DNA from: Octopus vulgaris
Taxonomy: Eukaryota
Assembly (NCBI GenBank): GCA_951406725.2
Contig: OX597823.1
Coordinates: 72,230,001 to 72,294,000, forward strand
Length of the DNA: 64,000 nucleotides
Direction of reading: 5' to 3'
Shown piece after piece: positions 11,706 through 27,516 of this stretch. Made by a program: the position numbers and the translations under genes. The stretch's first letter is position 1; each line of letters begins with the position of its first letter. The notes under the pieces were generated by a model that saw only the letters and a list, made by a program, of their open reading frames with translations, was not told the DNA's origin and made no database searches.

Positions 11706-13070
11706 AGAAAGGCATAATTTAATGTTAAATTGTATTTTGCTTGAAACAGATTTTGTAGCTGGAATAAAAGTTCATCAGATAATACATTCTGTCTTTACTA
11801 CATAGTCACACGTATTTGAGGTGGCAAATAGTTGATACTATTGACCTCATTACTTGACTGCGTGACCTCATTTAACGCAGTATATATTATCAAGATAAAA
11901 GGCGAAAATGATTTCGGATGTATTTTGAATTCAGAAAGTAACGTCTGAAGAAGTATTTAGCATATACTTACGTAAACAATCACACTTTTTGGAAATTCAA
12001 GAGATTTATAGTTTTGGTCAACGTAAAGTATCTTATCGCTGTAATTATAAATGCAAGAAAAGTGAAATTTTCTTCGTTTCGATTATGATGAAGTGCCAAT
12101 GAAAAATATCGTAAGTTCAAGTTATCACGCTTCTTAATGTGAGAAATAAAATTATCTGACATCCATATCTTTCTCATGGCCACAACAGGCTTAAATACGA
12201 AAACGTTTACAATCGGGAATCGACATACAGTGAAGAAATATTGAATGGGTAATTAACTGGAAAGATAACATTATTTGACGCAGATGCAATTGCTACAGCA
12301 CAGGGAATGCAGATATACGCTAAACATATGAAGAAAGAACGATATGAGTTTGAGGAAAACAAAAAAATAAAAAAAACCTTTGCATATCTTCAATGGGGAG
12401 CAGAGCAAACTATGGCGTCCAGTCTCTTCACATCCTATTGTGTCACTAGAATGATTTTACTCGGAATAATAGGAAATTAAACTGTTAAGATAACATTATT
12501 GTTTATCTTATAAGGCTTGGGGTAACATTGTTAAGTAGAAGGAATATGGTACAAAATCAATAGAGGAACGGAGCTCAATCCTGGAAAAAAAAGTCAAATT
12601 TCAGCCACTGCATATAGCAGTAAAGCTGTGATGAACACAGTTATGTACGTGTGATTCGATTATCAGTCGTATGTATTTCAAATGATAAGTGAGAAATAAT
12701 AAGTTACAGATACATACATTCACACACAAACATACACACACACACACACACACACACACGCATACACACACACACACATAATTTCGAAACCGGTACCAAG
12801 TTGATAAGTATTACTCTTGCTGAGCTAGCAGAGGTAAGACGTTTTCAATGTTCACTGGAATTTTTTCCTACCATGCCTGTAGTAGATTTGTGACTATTCT
12901 GTGGCACAGAATAGTCACAATTTTTTAGCGATGTAGGTGCTCAAGTAGTGCCTTCGTGTATATATATATATACGTAAGTACATATCTTATATTGTATGTA
13001 TATCTTTTGCTAATTTGCCTGTGCGGCTGATAACTCGCTTGCCACTCGTGGTGGTATTTTAATAATAATG

Positions 13071-13104
<34 letters not shown>

Positions 13105-13264
13105 TGTATGTATGTATGTATGTATGTATGTATGTACTATCATATATATCAATATACTGGGTTTCGTATATTTCACCCCAGTGTTATTTTGATGGCATGC
13201 ACTGCTCTATCACTCAATAATAATAATGGTTTCTTTTATTTTCAAAATTATCAAAACTCCTAAG

Positions 13265-13465
13265 AATTCTTCTCAACACATGGCTATGATGCACCCCCAC
13301 TGATTCTGCTCGTGATCAGAGATGCACTTATCGTCAGCCACGAAGGGACATGCTCAACTGGCTAAGGTCAAGCGACTGACAAGCAAATCTGTGGTATTGA
13401 ACAGAATATTTGCTGTAGCCCATATTTTATACCAAAAGAAAACAATGTACATGATTACACTTCCA
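13265..13465 (-). repeat. Fragment of the (AAT)n-associated repeat also at 21978-22520
   Basis: Reverse complement of ~22030-22215. Confidence 0.75.
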
Positions 13466-13532
13466 GTTATTATTAATATTATAACTATTATTATTGTTGT
13501 TATTATTATTATTATTATTACTGTTGTTGTTA

Positions 13533-13614
<82 letters not shown>

Positions 13615-13996
13615 CATTATTAATTAGACTAAATAATATTTTCATCGCATGAATTCCTTCCAATAGTACAACTCTTAGCAACACCCTGACATCTGGTTCA
13701 TTTCAATTTAATCCGCTCCCTAAATTCTTGACCTGAATCTATTGCTCTTCATCAATCTTAATTTTACTGAGATTTCTATGCAAACAAACAAGACCATCCC
13801 ATTTTCTTTCAAAGCAATTCCCTCCAACACCTTTCCCATTATCTCACTTAACAGATACTCCTCTTCGTTTTTCCCCTTTCTGTTTCTCTACCCCTCTATA
13901 GACATATCTATCCTCCTAACTTATTACTCGAATTACTGCTCTGACCACATATATATTGAAATTTTTCGATCATTTACTTTTCAATTTTTGAAGTGT

Positions 13997-14071
13997 TTTA
14001 ACTGAGGAAGGTTTACGTAAGTCATACATTTCCTAATATGTGTTACGTACACCTGAAACATACGTATTAAA
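13997..14071 (+). ncRNA. Type I hammerhead ribozyme, long stem II
   Basis: Stem I TTTAA/TTAAA; CTGAGGA; stem II AGGT/ACCT extended by TACGTAA/TTACGTA; GAAA; C(ATAC)G; GUA site ending 14066. Confidence 0.8.
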
Positions 14072-14423
14072 TAATTTCAAAATATCACTGTTCAGTTTGA
14101 CTTCATAATTTTAATTAACACGGCTCGATACCAATATAAACTGGCCGGTCTCGACTCTACTAACTCGGATACTTTAACATCAATTTGGAGTAGTTTGTTG
14201 TATTTGACTGGAGGCGAAAATTCTGGTACCATGCACCGCTTCTTAGCTTATCTTATATCTCTTTACTTGCATCTATCATTTGACAGCAGCACCGCCTTCT
14301 AGGGTTTTAGTCGAATAAATTGACGCCTGTACTTGTTTTTCTTTAAACCTTTAAACCTAATACTTTTTCTATCGGAAGTATGTGGTTGGAATGCAAGCTT
14401 CTTACCACACAGCCACGCCTACG

Positions 14424-14476
<53 letters not shown>

Positions 14477-15042
14477 GCACACATATATATAAAACATTGA
14501 TTAGAGAACAAACATCAAACTCGAGTCAACGACTTTATATAACAACACGCTTCCATACATTTGATCATATATAAAAATATTATCAAACTAGATTCTGTCA
14601 GGTAATTTAGTAGAGGTATTTTACCGCGTAGGTGTAATCACTTTGACATATACTCAAAGACTGTATTGTCGAGGAGCATGTTTTGGTGTTTGTTATTCAA
14701 ATTTCAACTCGTGTTATAAACCCGTTAAGCTTACAATACGGATATAATTACCAATTAAAATATACTGAAGCGCGAGCACATGTGAAGGAACAAACCAAAA
14801 GAACGTTTTGCATACATTTTGATTTTTCTCTGCTTTAGAATTCAACATCAATTAATGAGCTTACACACCGATGCGGAAGAAAAAAAATAAAATCTACCTA
14901 CTTTGACGCATCTGTGTTTCATTGTGATAATCGGAAACCAGTTTAAATATTTCGAGGAAAAGGATATGCTAGAGATGCGCATACAAATGATAGTGAGAAG
15001 GTTTGTTTTAAGAAAGTTGTAGGATGCCTGGTATTTATGTAG

Positions 15043-15272
15043 GCGGCGAGCTGGCAGAAACGTTAGCACGCTGGGCGAAATGCGTAGCCGTATTTCGTCT
15101 GCCGTTACGTTCTGAGTTCAAATTCCGCCGAGGTCGACTTCGCCTTTCATCCTTTCGGGGTCGATTAATTAAGTACCAGTTACGCACTGGGGTCGATGTA
15201 ATCGACTTAATACCTATGTCTGTCCTTGTTTGTCCCTTCTGTGTTTAGCCCCTTGTGGGTAATAAAGAAATA
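15043..15272 (+). mobile_element. Full-length tRNA-derived SINE, second family
   Basis: Head gagctggcagaaacgttagca...gagttcaaattcc; centre cctttcatcctttcggggtcgat...agtaccag resembles the Meta-SINE domain (from memory); TSD GGTATTTATGTAG at 15030-15042 and 15273-15285. Confidence 0.9.
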
Positions 15273-15321
15273 GGTATTTATGTAGAGCAATTTCTCGTTA
15301 GATTTACTATCAGGTGAGAAT

Positions 15322-16020
15322 GCGAAAGCTCGTGGCTTAGTGGTTAGTGTATTTGGCTCATGATCATAAGGTCGTGAGTTCGATTTGCAGTGGCGCATCC
15401 TGTGTTTGGGCAAGGCACTTTGTTTGGGCAAGGCACTTTATTTCACGCTGTAAGGCGGTGAGCTGGCAGAATCGTAAGCACGCCGGGCGAAATGCTTTGC
15501 AGTATTTCGTCTGCCGTTACGTTGTGAGTTCAAGTTCCGCCGAGGTCGACTTTGCCTTTCATCCTTTCGGGGTCGATAAATTAAGCACCAGTTACGCACT
15601 GGGGTCGATGTAATCGACTTAATACCTATGTCTGTCCTTGTTTGTCCCCTCTATGTTTAGCCCCTTGTGGGTAATAAAGAAATAGGTATTTCGTCTGCCG
15701 CTACGTTCTGAGTTAAAATTCCACCGAGGTCGACTTTGCCTTTCATCCTTTCGGAGTCGATTAAATAAGTACCATGTTACGCACTGGGGTCGATGCAATC
15801 AACTTAATCCCTTCCCCTAAATTTGAGGCCTTGTGCTTCCAGAAGAAAGAACTTTATTTCACGTTGCTCCAGTTCACTCAGCAAATAAGTTGCACTTGTA
15901 ATTCATAAAGCCATCCTTGTGATATCCTGTGTTACGCTGAGAATTGCGTGTCTGTTGAGTGTTCAGCCACCTGAACGTTAATTTCACGAGCTGGCCGTTT
16001 CGTTGATCGGATCATGTGTC
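15322..16020 (+). mobile_element. Nested SINE cluster
   Basis: tRNA head at 15325-15400 and tail at ~15855-16020 (third-family-like) interrupted by a second-family copy at 15452-15690 and a partial tandem copy to ~15850; actttatttcacg is duplicated on both sides. Confidence 0.75.
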
Positions 16021-16634
16021 ACGACGACATCTTGAACACTTGTCATATTAGTAGGAGGGTCGACGGATGTATTTACAGTTTACATACACATATATCCGGG
16101 TATGTACCATGAATTCAAAATATAAAAATTATCGAAATAGATAAATCATTATAAGAATATTTCGTTAACTCGAGAGAGAACGCGTAATAACTCTTTTGGG
16201 GGTGGGGTATAAATATTAAATATTGGGTTTTAAATAGAAAGACTGAAGCTTTCAGATCTACTGTTCTAACAAAGAATCAAATCATTATAAATTGTGATGT
16301 AATGAAGTTATATGAGATAACAGAAAGCTTCTGGTAAGCTAAAAGCTTGAGTGAAATTCTCTCTTTCTGGGCCTCAGAAAGTAAGCAATCCAGGAAATTG
16401 CAATGTCCTCAAATAACACTCAAATAGTTGAAGTTAAAGATCCATTGTCCAAGCATGCGCTCCTCCCCACACACATACTCATAGTCTTTCTTTTATCTTT
16501 CTTTTACATGTTTCAGTCATTAGACTGCAGCTATGATGGAGCGCCGCCTTGAATATTCATTCTTTAGATTCTTTAACTTATGGAATGGATTTCTCTACGA
16601 TTCGCTACTTGATTGCATGTAGTGTGCAGCTGGT

Positions 16635-16760
16635 CGTCAAATCCCATACGCGGCTAGTCAACTTAGTAGTTTTACTTTTGTCGATGTGCTGGAAAGAAGA
16701 TAGGTGGTTAACATAACGTCTTTTGAAACGGCCTTCACTTAAACCGATATAATTTCTCTT
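16635..16760 (-). pseudogene. Penelope-like element GIY-YIG endonuclease fragment
   Basis: Translation RNYIGLSEGRFKRRYVNHLSSFQH...TKLTSRVWDL matches the YIG..F(K)xRxxxH pattern of PLE GIY-YIG domains. Confidence 0.7.
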
Positions 16761-16868
16761 TTCAGTGAAGTTATCTTGAAACGTTGTTCTGACTTCTTCG
16801 CCATAAACGACGAAGTCTGTCATAAACACTTAGTCAAGGAGGCAAGCCTGAGGATCTCTCTTTTCTTT

Positions 16869-16910
<42 letters not shown>

Positions 16911-17112
16911 CTATCACATACTGGGAATGAAACAAATACCACATGGCTGGGAAGCAAGCTTCTTAGCATTCATATCTGTTAATGGCTATTTTTAATACTT
17001 GTCTCGCTCTATTGCGTTTCTGTTTTCAATCGTCTTTTTTATTAATGTGCTGCTTATCTTTACACGAAGTGAGAAGATACATTGTAGTACTGTCATTTCA
17101 ACGAGTTATATC

Positions 17113-17228
17113 TATTTATCATCCGAAGAGACACATCTTCACCGTCGGATGCCTCTGAACCGATTGCTAAGTATTCCACCCGCGAGGGATCGATGCTAGA
17201 TGTGTCGAAACAATTGTCGTGATAAATA
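17113..17228 (+). ncRNA. Type I hammerhead ribozyme, CCGAAGA core, ~59-nt insert in loop II
   Basis: Stem I TATTTATCAT/GTGATAAATA (10 bp); CCGAAGA; stem II GACACATCT/AGATGTGTC (9 bp); GAAA; C(AATT)G palindromic loop; GUC site ending 17218; AATAAA follows, then (TA)n. Confidence 0.85.
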
Positions 17229-17267
17229 AAAATTCTCATATCTTCCATCTTCCGTCTTAGCTTTACA

Positions 17268-17327
<60 letters not shown>

Positions 17328-17333
<6 letters not shown>

Positions 17334-17466
17334 TATATAGAAGGAGCTTCTACAGGACTAGAACTGTTTCATTCAAGAGAAATCTTCAGGAAGCTCAGTG
17401 CTTCCTGAAGATTTCTCTTGAATGAAACAGTTCTAGTCCTGTAGAAGCTCCTTCTATATAATAAAT
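17328..17466. repeat. Perfect 67-bp-arm palindrome carrying a hammerhead on each strand
   Basis: Arms 17328-17394 and 17400-17466, loop TCAGT; flanked by (TA)n. Confidence 0.9.
17400..17448 (+). ncRNA. Type I hammerhead ribozyme (mirror copy on minus strand 17346-17394)
   Basis: Stem I GCTTC/GAAGC; CTGAAGA; T-TTC(TCTT)GAA-T; GAAA; stem III ACAG/CTGT; GUA site ending 17443; AATAAA downstream. Confidence 0.75.
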
Positions 17467-18116
17467 TAATTTTACTCTGCTATGTATTGAGTACCTTATT
17501 TACTGTGGTTAACCCCGAATCAACCCGGGACCTACATATATATATATATATATATACACATCGTTGCTCACACGTGACCATCGTCCATCTTTCCCTTCCT
17601 CACGTGATCATCTTTCTTTTCCCTTCAGTCCAGACGCATTCCTCTCTGTCTCTTCTATCTTTTCTCTCATCAAAAAATCTTCTTCCAGCGTTCGCTACCT
17701 TACCTCGTCTGAGCCTAACGGCTCTCCCTGTTTGTATTTGTTTCGTTTGGCTTGTTGTATGTTTTGCTTTTGTTACCAGCTTTCACCCTCCGCAAAGCCC
17801 AAATTATATTTTGGTTTGCGAGAACAACTCCCTTCTAAGTCTTATCGTGTCGTTCATTACTCGAAATAAGGAGTAGAAGAGCTGCCGACAACTGATGAAG
17901 GGTCGTTTTTTATGTTGCTTGTCTTGCTTCCATTTGTTTCTCTCGTTCTTTGTGTACCCATCGTTGTTTTCTTATTTCATGTTGTTTACGTTTTGTGACG
18001 CCCTGTAACCATATATGCATACCTATATGCATACATATGTATGTATGTACATATGTGTGAGTATATATGTACATATTTATATATATATAAATATATAAAT
18101 ATATATATATACATAC

Positions 18117-18214
<98 letters not shown>

Positions 18215-18596
18215 TATATATAAATATATATATATATATATATAAGAAATAAAATACATTTTGTAACGCATAGTACCAGTTTCTGTCTTTTCGACTTTTT
18301 CAAGAGAATGTAAAACAAAGGTGGACATTGAGAAGAAAAACAATTAAGTTCAAGGAAAAATTAAATGAACTATTATGTAAATATTTCATAGTCTTCAAAT
18401 AGGTTAGACATTTCCCTTTTTTCTGTCTTCCTCTCCTTCCCTTTGTGAAGGTTCGTATGGTAGGTTGTAGCAGATCTGAAAAATCTTATTTATGAGTGCA
18501 GAGATATATTTGGTTCCGAAGTTTGATGGTTTAACATACATACATACATACATACATACATACATACATACATACATACATACATACATACACATA

Positions 18597-18795
18597 AATA
18601 TACCAGAGTAAGCACATAAATGTGAAACAAGATGGGAAAATATAGTACTAGAATACCAGAGGTAGAGTAATATGCTTTATTAAAAAGCAGCAAAAACATC
18701 ACAAAAATGTTACTCAGAATTTCACGTTCCCGTTCGTCGGACAGTTTTTGTCCGACGAACGGGATTGTGAAACTCTAAGTAACAGTTTTTGTGAT
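18597..18795. mobile_element. pLTR-like fragment with inverted hammerhead pair
   Basis: Imperfect palindrome 18698-18795; on the minus strand the hammerhead is followed by AATAAA and a tail ending at the (TACA)n tract. Confidence 0.7.
18703..18790. ncRNA. Two divergent type I hammerheads, CCGACGA core
   Basis: Consensus of the two arms: AAAAACTGT CCGACGA ACG(GGAA)CGT GAAA CTCTGAG TA ACAGTTTTT. Minus copy 18703-18749, plus copy 18749-18790; each has private mutations. Confidence 0.7.
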
Positions 18796-18800
18796 ATACA

Positions 18801-18879
<79 letters not shown>

Positions 18880-19004
18880 TTATATATACATATACATATT
18901 TTGATTGATTTTGATTTTGATTTTTCCAGTTTCAGCTAATGAGCTGTGGCCATGCTGGGGCACCGCCATTATGTACATATATATAATATATATAGATAGA
19001 TGTA

Positions 19005-19054
<50 letters not shown>

Positions 19055-19097
19055 TTATATATACATATATGTACATATATATACATATATATAGATA

Positions 19098-19146
<49 letters not shown>

Positions 19147-20098
19147 CTGTGCGTGTTTGTTCGTGTGCATATAGAGTTAGAGTTATGAGTGTGTACTCAG
19201 TATTCGTGTGTTAATGTATGTATACACATGCATTACGTATATACACGTGTATCTTTCGCTCTTTCTCCCCCACTTTTTACGTTTCTGTATGTGATAAATG
19301 TTGTGAAACAAGAAGTAGAATGGAAGCGAAGGAATTCATAGCTCGTACCATTTCACAGACAACATACCATGTGCATGACATTGACAGAAAAAAACAAAAA
19401 AAAAGCAAAGAAAAAATACACCTTGGAAGATTATATAATCACATTTGCCATTCCATTATCAATCTATCTATATTATAAATCAATGATTTTTCGGTGTAGG
19501 ATTTAAACCTCAGTTTACTACATTGACTTACTCTGTTTTTAGTGAATTTCAGCTTTATTTTCTGTTTAGATGAATCAGTTTTTTTTTTTATTTATAACCA
19601 TGTCTCGAAGTCTTCAATTTTTTACATCTTAAAGTATTTCTTTATTTGTCCTATGAACTTCTCTATTTTTCTTCCTGTTGTTTAAACAGTGATTTATTCC
19701 TGCTGCTGTACTTCCCTGAACTTATTATAGTTTCTTTCATTTTGAGTTTAAAAATATGCAAAAAAAAAGAAAAAAAAATTCTTTGGTATGTTTTCTGTTT
19801 TCTTATCAAAGAAATTTTTCCAGGACGTTTTCCTGATTTATTTCAATTTTATATTTCCTTTCTCGTTTTATATTTACTTCAATATTTGCTTTTACTTCTT
19901 AATATAATTAGTTATCTATTTATCTATTTCAAATATATATATCTATATATAAAAAAAATTAGTTCTCTGAGTTACAGAATTTACAAACAACAACACATCA
20001 TGAAGAAAAGAAAAATTATGAAATGGGAAAAACATGTAAAAAAAACACTCACACACATTTGTATATATGTGTATGTGTACACGTCTGCATACATATTA

Positions 20099-20129
<31 letters not shown>

Positions 20130-20167
20130 CATATATATGTGCGTGTGTATATATATATAGATGTGTC

Positions 20168-20198
<31 letters not shown>

Positions 20199-20589
20199 AT
20201 GTATGTGTGTAAACATTTTAACTTTTAAGCTGAAGTATTATTTAAAATTTTTTTAGTAGAGTACATGTTTATGAAACCTACGTAGAAAAGTTCGACTGTG
20301 ACATCGGAAGTTCGGCTTGGTTGCTTTTGTCAGACTGACGAAGACAAGTAATGTTAACTTGAAAGTATGTCCTCGTACTACATCAGGGTTTTCCACTTTT
20401 TTTTTTTTTTTGGTAGGTATTGTTCTTTATCCTGTTGCCTTTCTAGCAAGGCAAGTAAAACTGGTGGGAGAGCCGATCGAGTTGCTGACGTCCCGGCCGT
20501 ACAATGCAATGCACCGGACTATATATTGCTTACAGCACTCAAGCCCTGATATTTTGGAGAAGGAGTCTAATCTATTACATCAATTCCAG

Positions 20590-21935
20590 TAATCAACTAT
20601 TAGATATTTCATGGGCCCTGAGACGATTAAAACCAGAATTAAACCTCGGTAGAATTTGAACTCATAACCTCAAAACGGGCAAAATGCCGCTAAGCATTTG
20701 GCGTGCTGACAATTCAGCGATTCTGCCAGCTAACGATTCTGTCTCCTTGATGTGACTAAGGATGTCGAGCAGATGGAGTATTTTACTCTTATTTCTAGCA
20801 ATCTAGGTGTCTCGGGACCCTTAGTCACATTTAGTGACGATCGAATTTTTCCATTATAGTATCATATTGCGCCTAACTGCTTATATTAATGTTTTGTATA
20901 CACATTAACACTCCGCTAAATCATCCATAAATTTCTATGGAAAATACATATATGCTGACTGGCGGAATTAGTTGACACCAGTCTTAATAATTATAGCAAT
21001 CATGTCTTCTATAGACACAAATCCTGAAATTTTGGGAGTTAGAATTGGGATTGGGGGCAAATTGATTTCAGCGACTCCAGTGCTTGACTGGTATTTATTT
21101 TGCGGGCCTCGAAAGGATGTAAGGTAAAGTTGGTTTCGGTGGAATTTGAACTCAGAACATAATATTCCTTATAATTATATTAATATCAGTATTATTATCT
21201 TTATGGCGGTAGATTGACAGAATCGTTAGAACATTCTTTGCTTTGATATTTAAATTCTGTGTTCAAATCACATCATAATTGTATTTACGTTCCATCCATG
21301 ATGAGGCAATAGAAAAAAGCGCATCGGACAAGAACTGGGGTCTATCTGTTTGTCCCTTGCAGGTCGGCGAGTTGGCAGAATTGTTAGCACGCAGGACAAA
21401 GACGGCATTTCGTTCGTCTTTACGTTTTAAGTTTCAAATTTCGCCGAGGTCGATTTGCCTTTTATCTATTTCGGTGTCTTTAAAATAAGTACAAGTTGAA
21501 CACTAGAATCGATATAACCAACTTATACAACTCCCTCAAAATTACTGGTCTTGCACCGAAATTTGAAACTGATATATCAGTTCCATATATCAGTTCCTTT
21601 CATCCTTTCGGGCTCGAAAAAATTGAAGTTCCACTCGAGTGCTGGGGGTTAATGTTTTCTTCCAAAAACTGCAGTCTTTATGCCAAAATTAGAAAGAATA
21701 ATTGCCATAATTATCTAATAATCTTTTCTACTCTAGGCACAAGGCCCGAGACATTTGGGGAGGGCGCGAGTCGATTAGATCGACCTCAGTACGCAACTGG
21801 TACTTAATTTATCGACCCCCGAACGGATGAGAGGTAAAGCCGACCTTGGCGGAATTTGAACTCAAAACGTAGCGACAGACGAAATACCGTTAAGCATTTT
21901 TCCCGAGTTGCTAACGCTTGAGCCAACTCGCGCCT
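20590..21935. mobile_element. Cluster of degraded second-family SINE copies on both strands
   Basis: Repeated ggaatttgaactca / cgccgaggtcga / catcctttcggg motifs; best copy 21722-21935 on minus. Confidence 0.7.
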
Positions 21936-21977
21936 TTATAATAATAATAATAATAATGATAATAATAATGATGCAGT

Positions 21978-22627
<650 letters not shown>

Positions 22628-22628
22628 C

Positions 22629-22752
22629 GATTAGTAAATATAAAGACAAGATTAGTAAATATAAAGACAAGATTAGTAAATATAAAGACCAGATTAGTAA
22701 ATATAAAGGCCAGATTAGTAAATATAAAGACAAGATTAGTAAATACAAAGAC
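22629..22752 (+). repeat. 21-bp tandem repeat, 6 copies
   Basis: GATTAGTAAATATAAAGACMA starting at 22629, 22650, 22671, 22692, 22713, 22734. Confidence 0.95.
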
Positions 22753-23110
22753 CTGCTAATAGAAATTGAAAAAACGTGACATCTCAAGGCGACTACAGTA
22801 CCAGTGATTGTAGGATCTCTAGGAATGATAAAAAAAGGTACTGAAACCTATTTGAAAATGATTCCAGGCTTACAGGAAGTGCAAAAAATCATATTAACTG
22901 GAACGGCTCATGTACTGAGAAGAGCATTATCGCTGTGAAAACAACATCCATCCATAAATTTATTTATTTATTAATTTTTAAATACATAGTTTATCTGTGA
23001 ATTTGCGTGTTTAATCTGGGAATGCATACATTGAGCTTCTCTGCCCTGGGTGTACGGAAAACACTCGGCGAGAAACGGAAGAAAATTTGAAGAAAGAAGG
23101 AAAAAAACAT
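22729..23110 (+). mobile_element. RLE-type LINE 3' fragment (family Y)
   Basis: Translates to ISKYKDLLIEIEK...VPVIVGSLGMI...LTGTAHVLRRALSL*, then a 3' UTR ending in (AAT)n; second copy at 60078-60430. Confidence 0.8.
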
Positions 23111-23120
23111 AATAATAATG

Positions 23121-23181
<61 letters not shown>

Positions 23182-23188
23182 CAATAAC

Positions 23189-23230
<42 letters not shown>

Positions 23231-23695
23231 TAATAGTAATAATAATAGTAATAATCTTTTCTACTCTAGGCAGAAGACCCAAACTTTTTGGGGAAGGGGG
23301 CGAGTCGACTAGATTGACCCTCTTCTAAGCATACTGCAAAGCGTTTCGTCTATTGTGCCAGTGATTCTGTCAGCTCGCCCCTTATAATTATCGAATATTA
23401 TCTTTTTCGTTCCTGTAACTTTTATGGATGTTACTAATAATGTGTGTATGGAGGTTTTTCTTTCAAGTTGGTTTTTGTTAGTGGTTTGGTGTAATAATTG
23501 TCTGAATTCTGAAATCTGAATTCTTTGAAGAAGCCGCTGCACACCTCGAGAAAGCAATGCTAATGTTCATAAACTGTACATTCGACTCTTGAAATAATTA
23601 CCTTGTCGTTTCTGGCTCTTTAACCTAACAACGCATTTCTATGTATGTATGTATGTATGTATGTATGTATGTATGTATGTATGTATGTATGTATG

Positions 23696-23730
<35 letters not shown>

Positions 23731-23868
23731 TTATCTATCTATCTATCTCTCTATCACAGTCCTTCAGCTGGAATAAATAGTGGAAAACAACATCCATACA
23801 TACATACTTACATCCATCCATGCATGCATGCATGCATACATACATACATACATACATACATACATACA

Positions 23869-23900
<32 letters not shown>

Positions 23901-24182
23901 CTTGGTATAATCAACATAATTAAATCCGAAATGCTGCAGCATGGAAATTTTCCAAAGCGTGAACTGTAAAATAATAAAAGAAAGTATGTATCTGTATGTA
24001 TGTATGTATGTATGTATGTATGTATGTATGTATGTATGTATGTATGTATGTATGTATGTATGTATGTTTGCATGCATGTATGTATGTATGTATGTATTTA
24101 TGTATGTATGTATGTTTGTATGTATGTATGTATGTATGTTTGTATGTATGTATGTATGTTTGTATGTATCTATCTATCTATT

Positions 24183-24213
<31 letters not shown>

Positions 24214-24287
24214 GTATATGTATATGTGCGAGTTTGTGAGTAAGAGTGTGCGTATGTATATATACACAGATATGGACATAACTACAT

Positions 24288-24375
<88 letters not shown>

Positions 24376-24950
24376 GTATATATGTACATACTTATAGATA
24401 CATTCTCGCATTCATACGAACACACACATACATACATATAAACAGGTACATACTCGTACCAGAACAATTGTTTAGCGAAATAATCAGCTGTCATAGCTAA
24501 ATAAGAAGCACCATTATGTTGGTATTATCTAGAAAACATATTGTGTCTCGTTCTTCCGACTAACGTTATAGAAAATATGCGAGAGAAACGTGTCAGAACT
24601 AAAGGTGAAGACGTTTTATTTATGTATGAGAATATTGATCACCGACTGCTCAATCAGCAAACTGGAGAATGTGAGGAAAAGTTATGGAGGAGCGGAATGA
24701 AGCCAAAATTTTCAACACAAAACGTGATGAGTAAAAATTGAAGCATTGTGTGGCATCACACGTAAGAACAATATAACCCCCCCTCCACATATATATATAT
24801 ATATATTTACATATTGATAAACATACATACATACACATACATATTATAGATATGTATGTGTGTGTGTGAATGTGAGTTTGTGTGCATCTATACATATATC
24901 AATTTATATACACAGCCGAAAGAGCTACAAATAATTTCATACTTTATTTT

Positions 24951-25033
<83 letters not shown>

Positions 25034-25241
25034 CATATATTCTCTAAAACATGCACACCCCAACGCCAGCATACATATGATATGCGCTAATATATATTTG
25101 GGCATTGATTTTTATAATACAAAATAAAGCATTTATAAGTCTATCTACCCATCTGTCTGTCTATCTATCTATCTATCTATATATCTATCTATCTATCTAT
25201 CTATTTATCTATCTATTATTTTTTATGTATCCATTAATAGG

Positions 25242-25297
<56 letters not shown>

Positions 25298-25314
25298 TAT
25301 GTATACACCCCCCC

Positions 25315-25378
<64 letters not shown>

Positions 25379-25827
25379 TATACATACGTTTATAAATTGA
25401 AATTTACGTACACATGTAACACACGATGTCCAACACATTAAATGTCACGTTCGAAGGCTGGGGACATGTTGATATAAGAAAATGTTGGATTTTCATAGAA
25501 ACCCTATAAATGAATAATTTGGCACGATTTCGGCTGCGTGGAATAGAAATAATAAAAAGAAAAAAAAGACAAAGCAATCTACGTATATATCTATGTATGT
25601 CTCCCCCCGCTCTCTCTCATTATATTTATATCTATGTATATGTATATATGCAGGAGAGGCTGTGTGGTAAGTACCTTGCTTAACAAGCGAATGGTTCCAT
25701 GTTCAGTCCCACTGCGTGGCACTTGGGCAAGTGTCTTCTCTAGCCTGAGGCCGACCAAAGCCTTGTGAATGGATTTGGTAGACGGGAACTGAAAGAAGCC
25801 TGTCGCATATATATATATATATATATA

Positions 25828-27516
<1,689 letters not shown>

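Noticed and set aside
17830-17910. CTCGAAA...GTA and CTGATGAAGGG in a pyrimidine-rich repeat
   Set aside because: Could not form hammerhead stems in any topology.
20325-20380. CTGACGA...GAAAGTATGTC hammerhead-like string
   Set aside because: Stem I does not pair and stem III lacks its C; at best a decayed relic.
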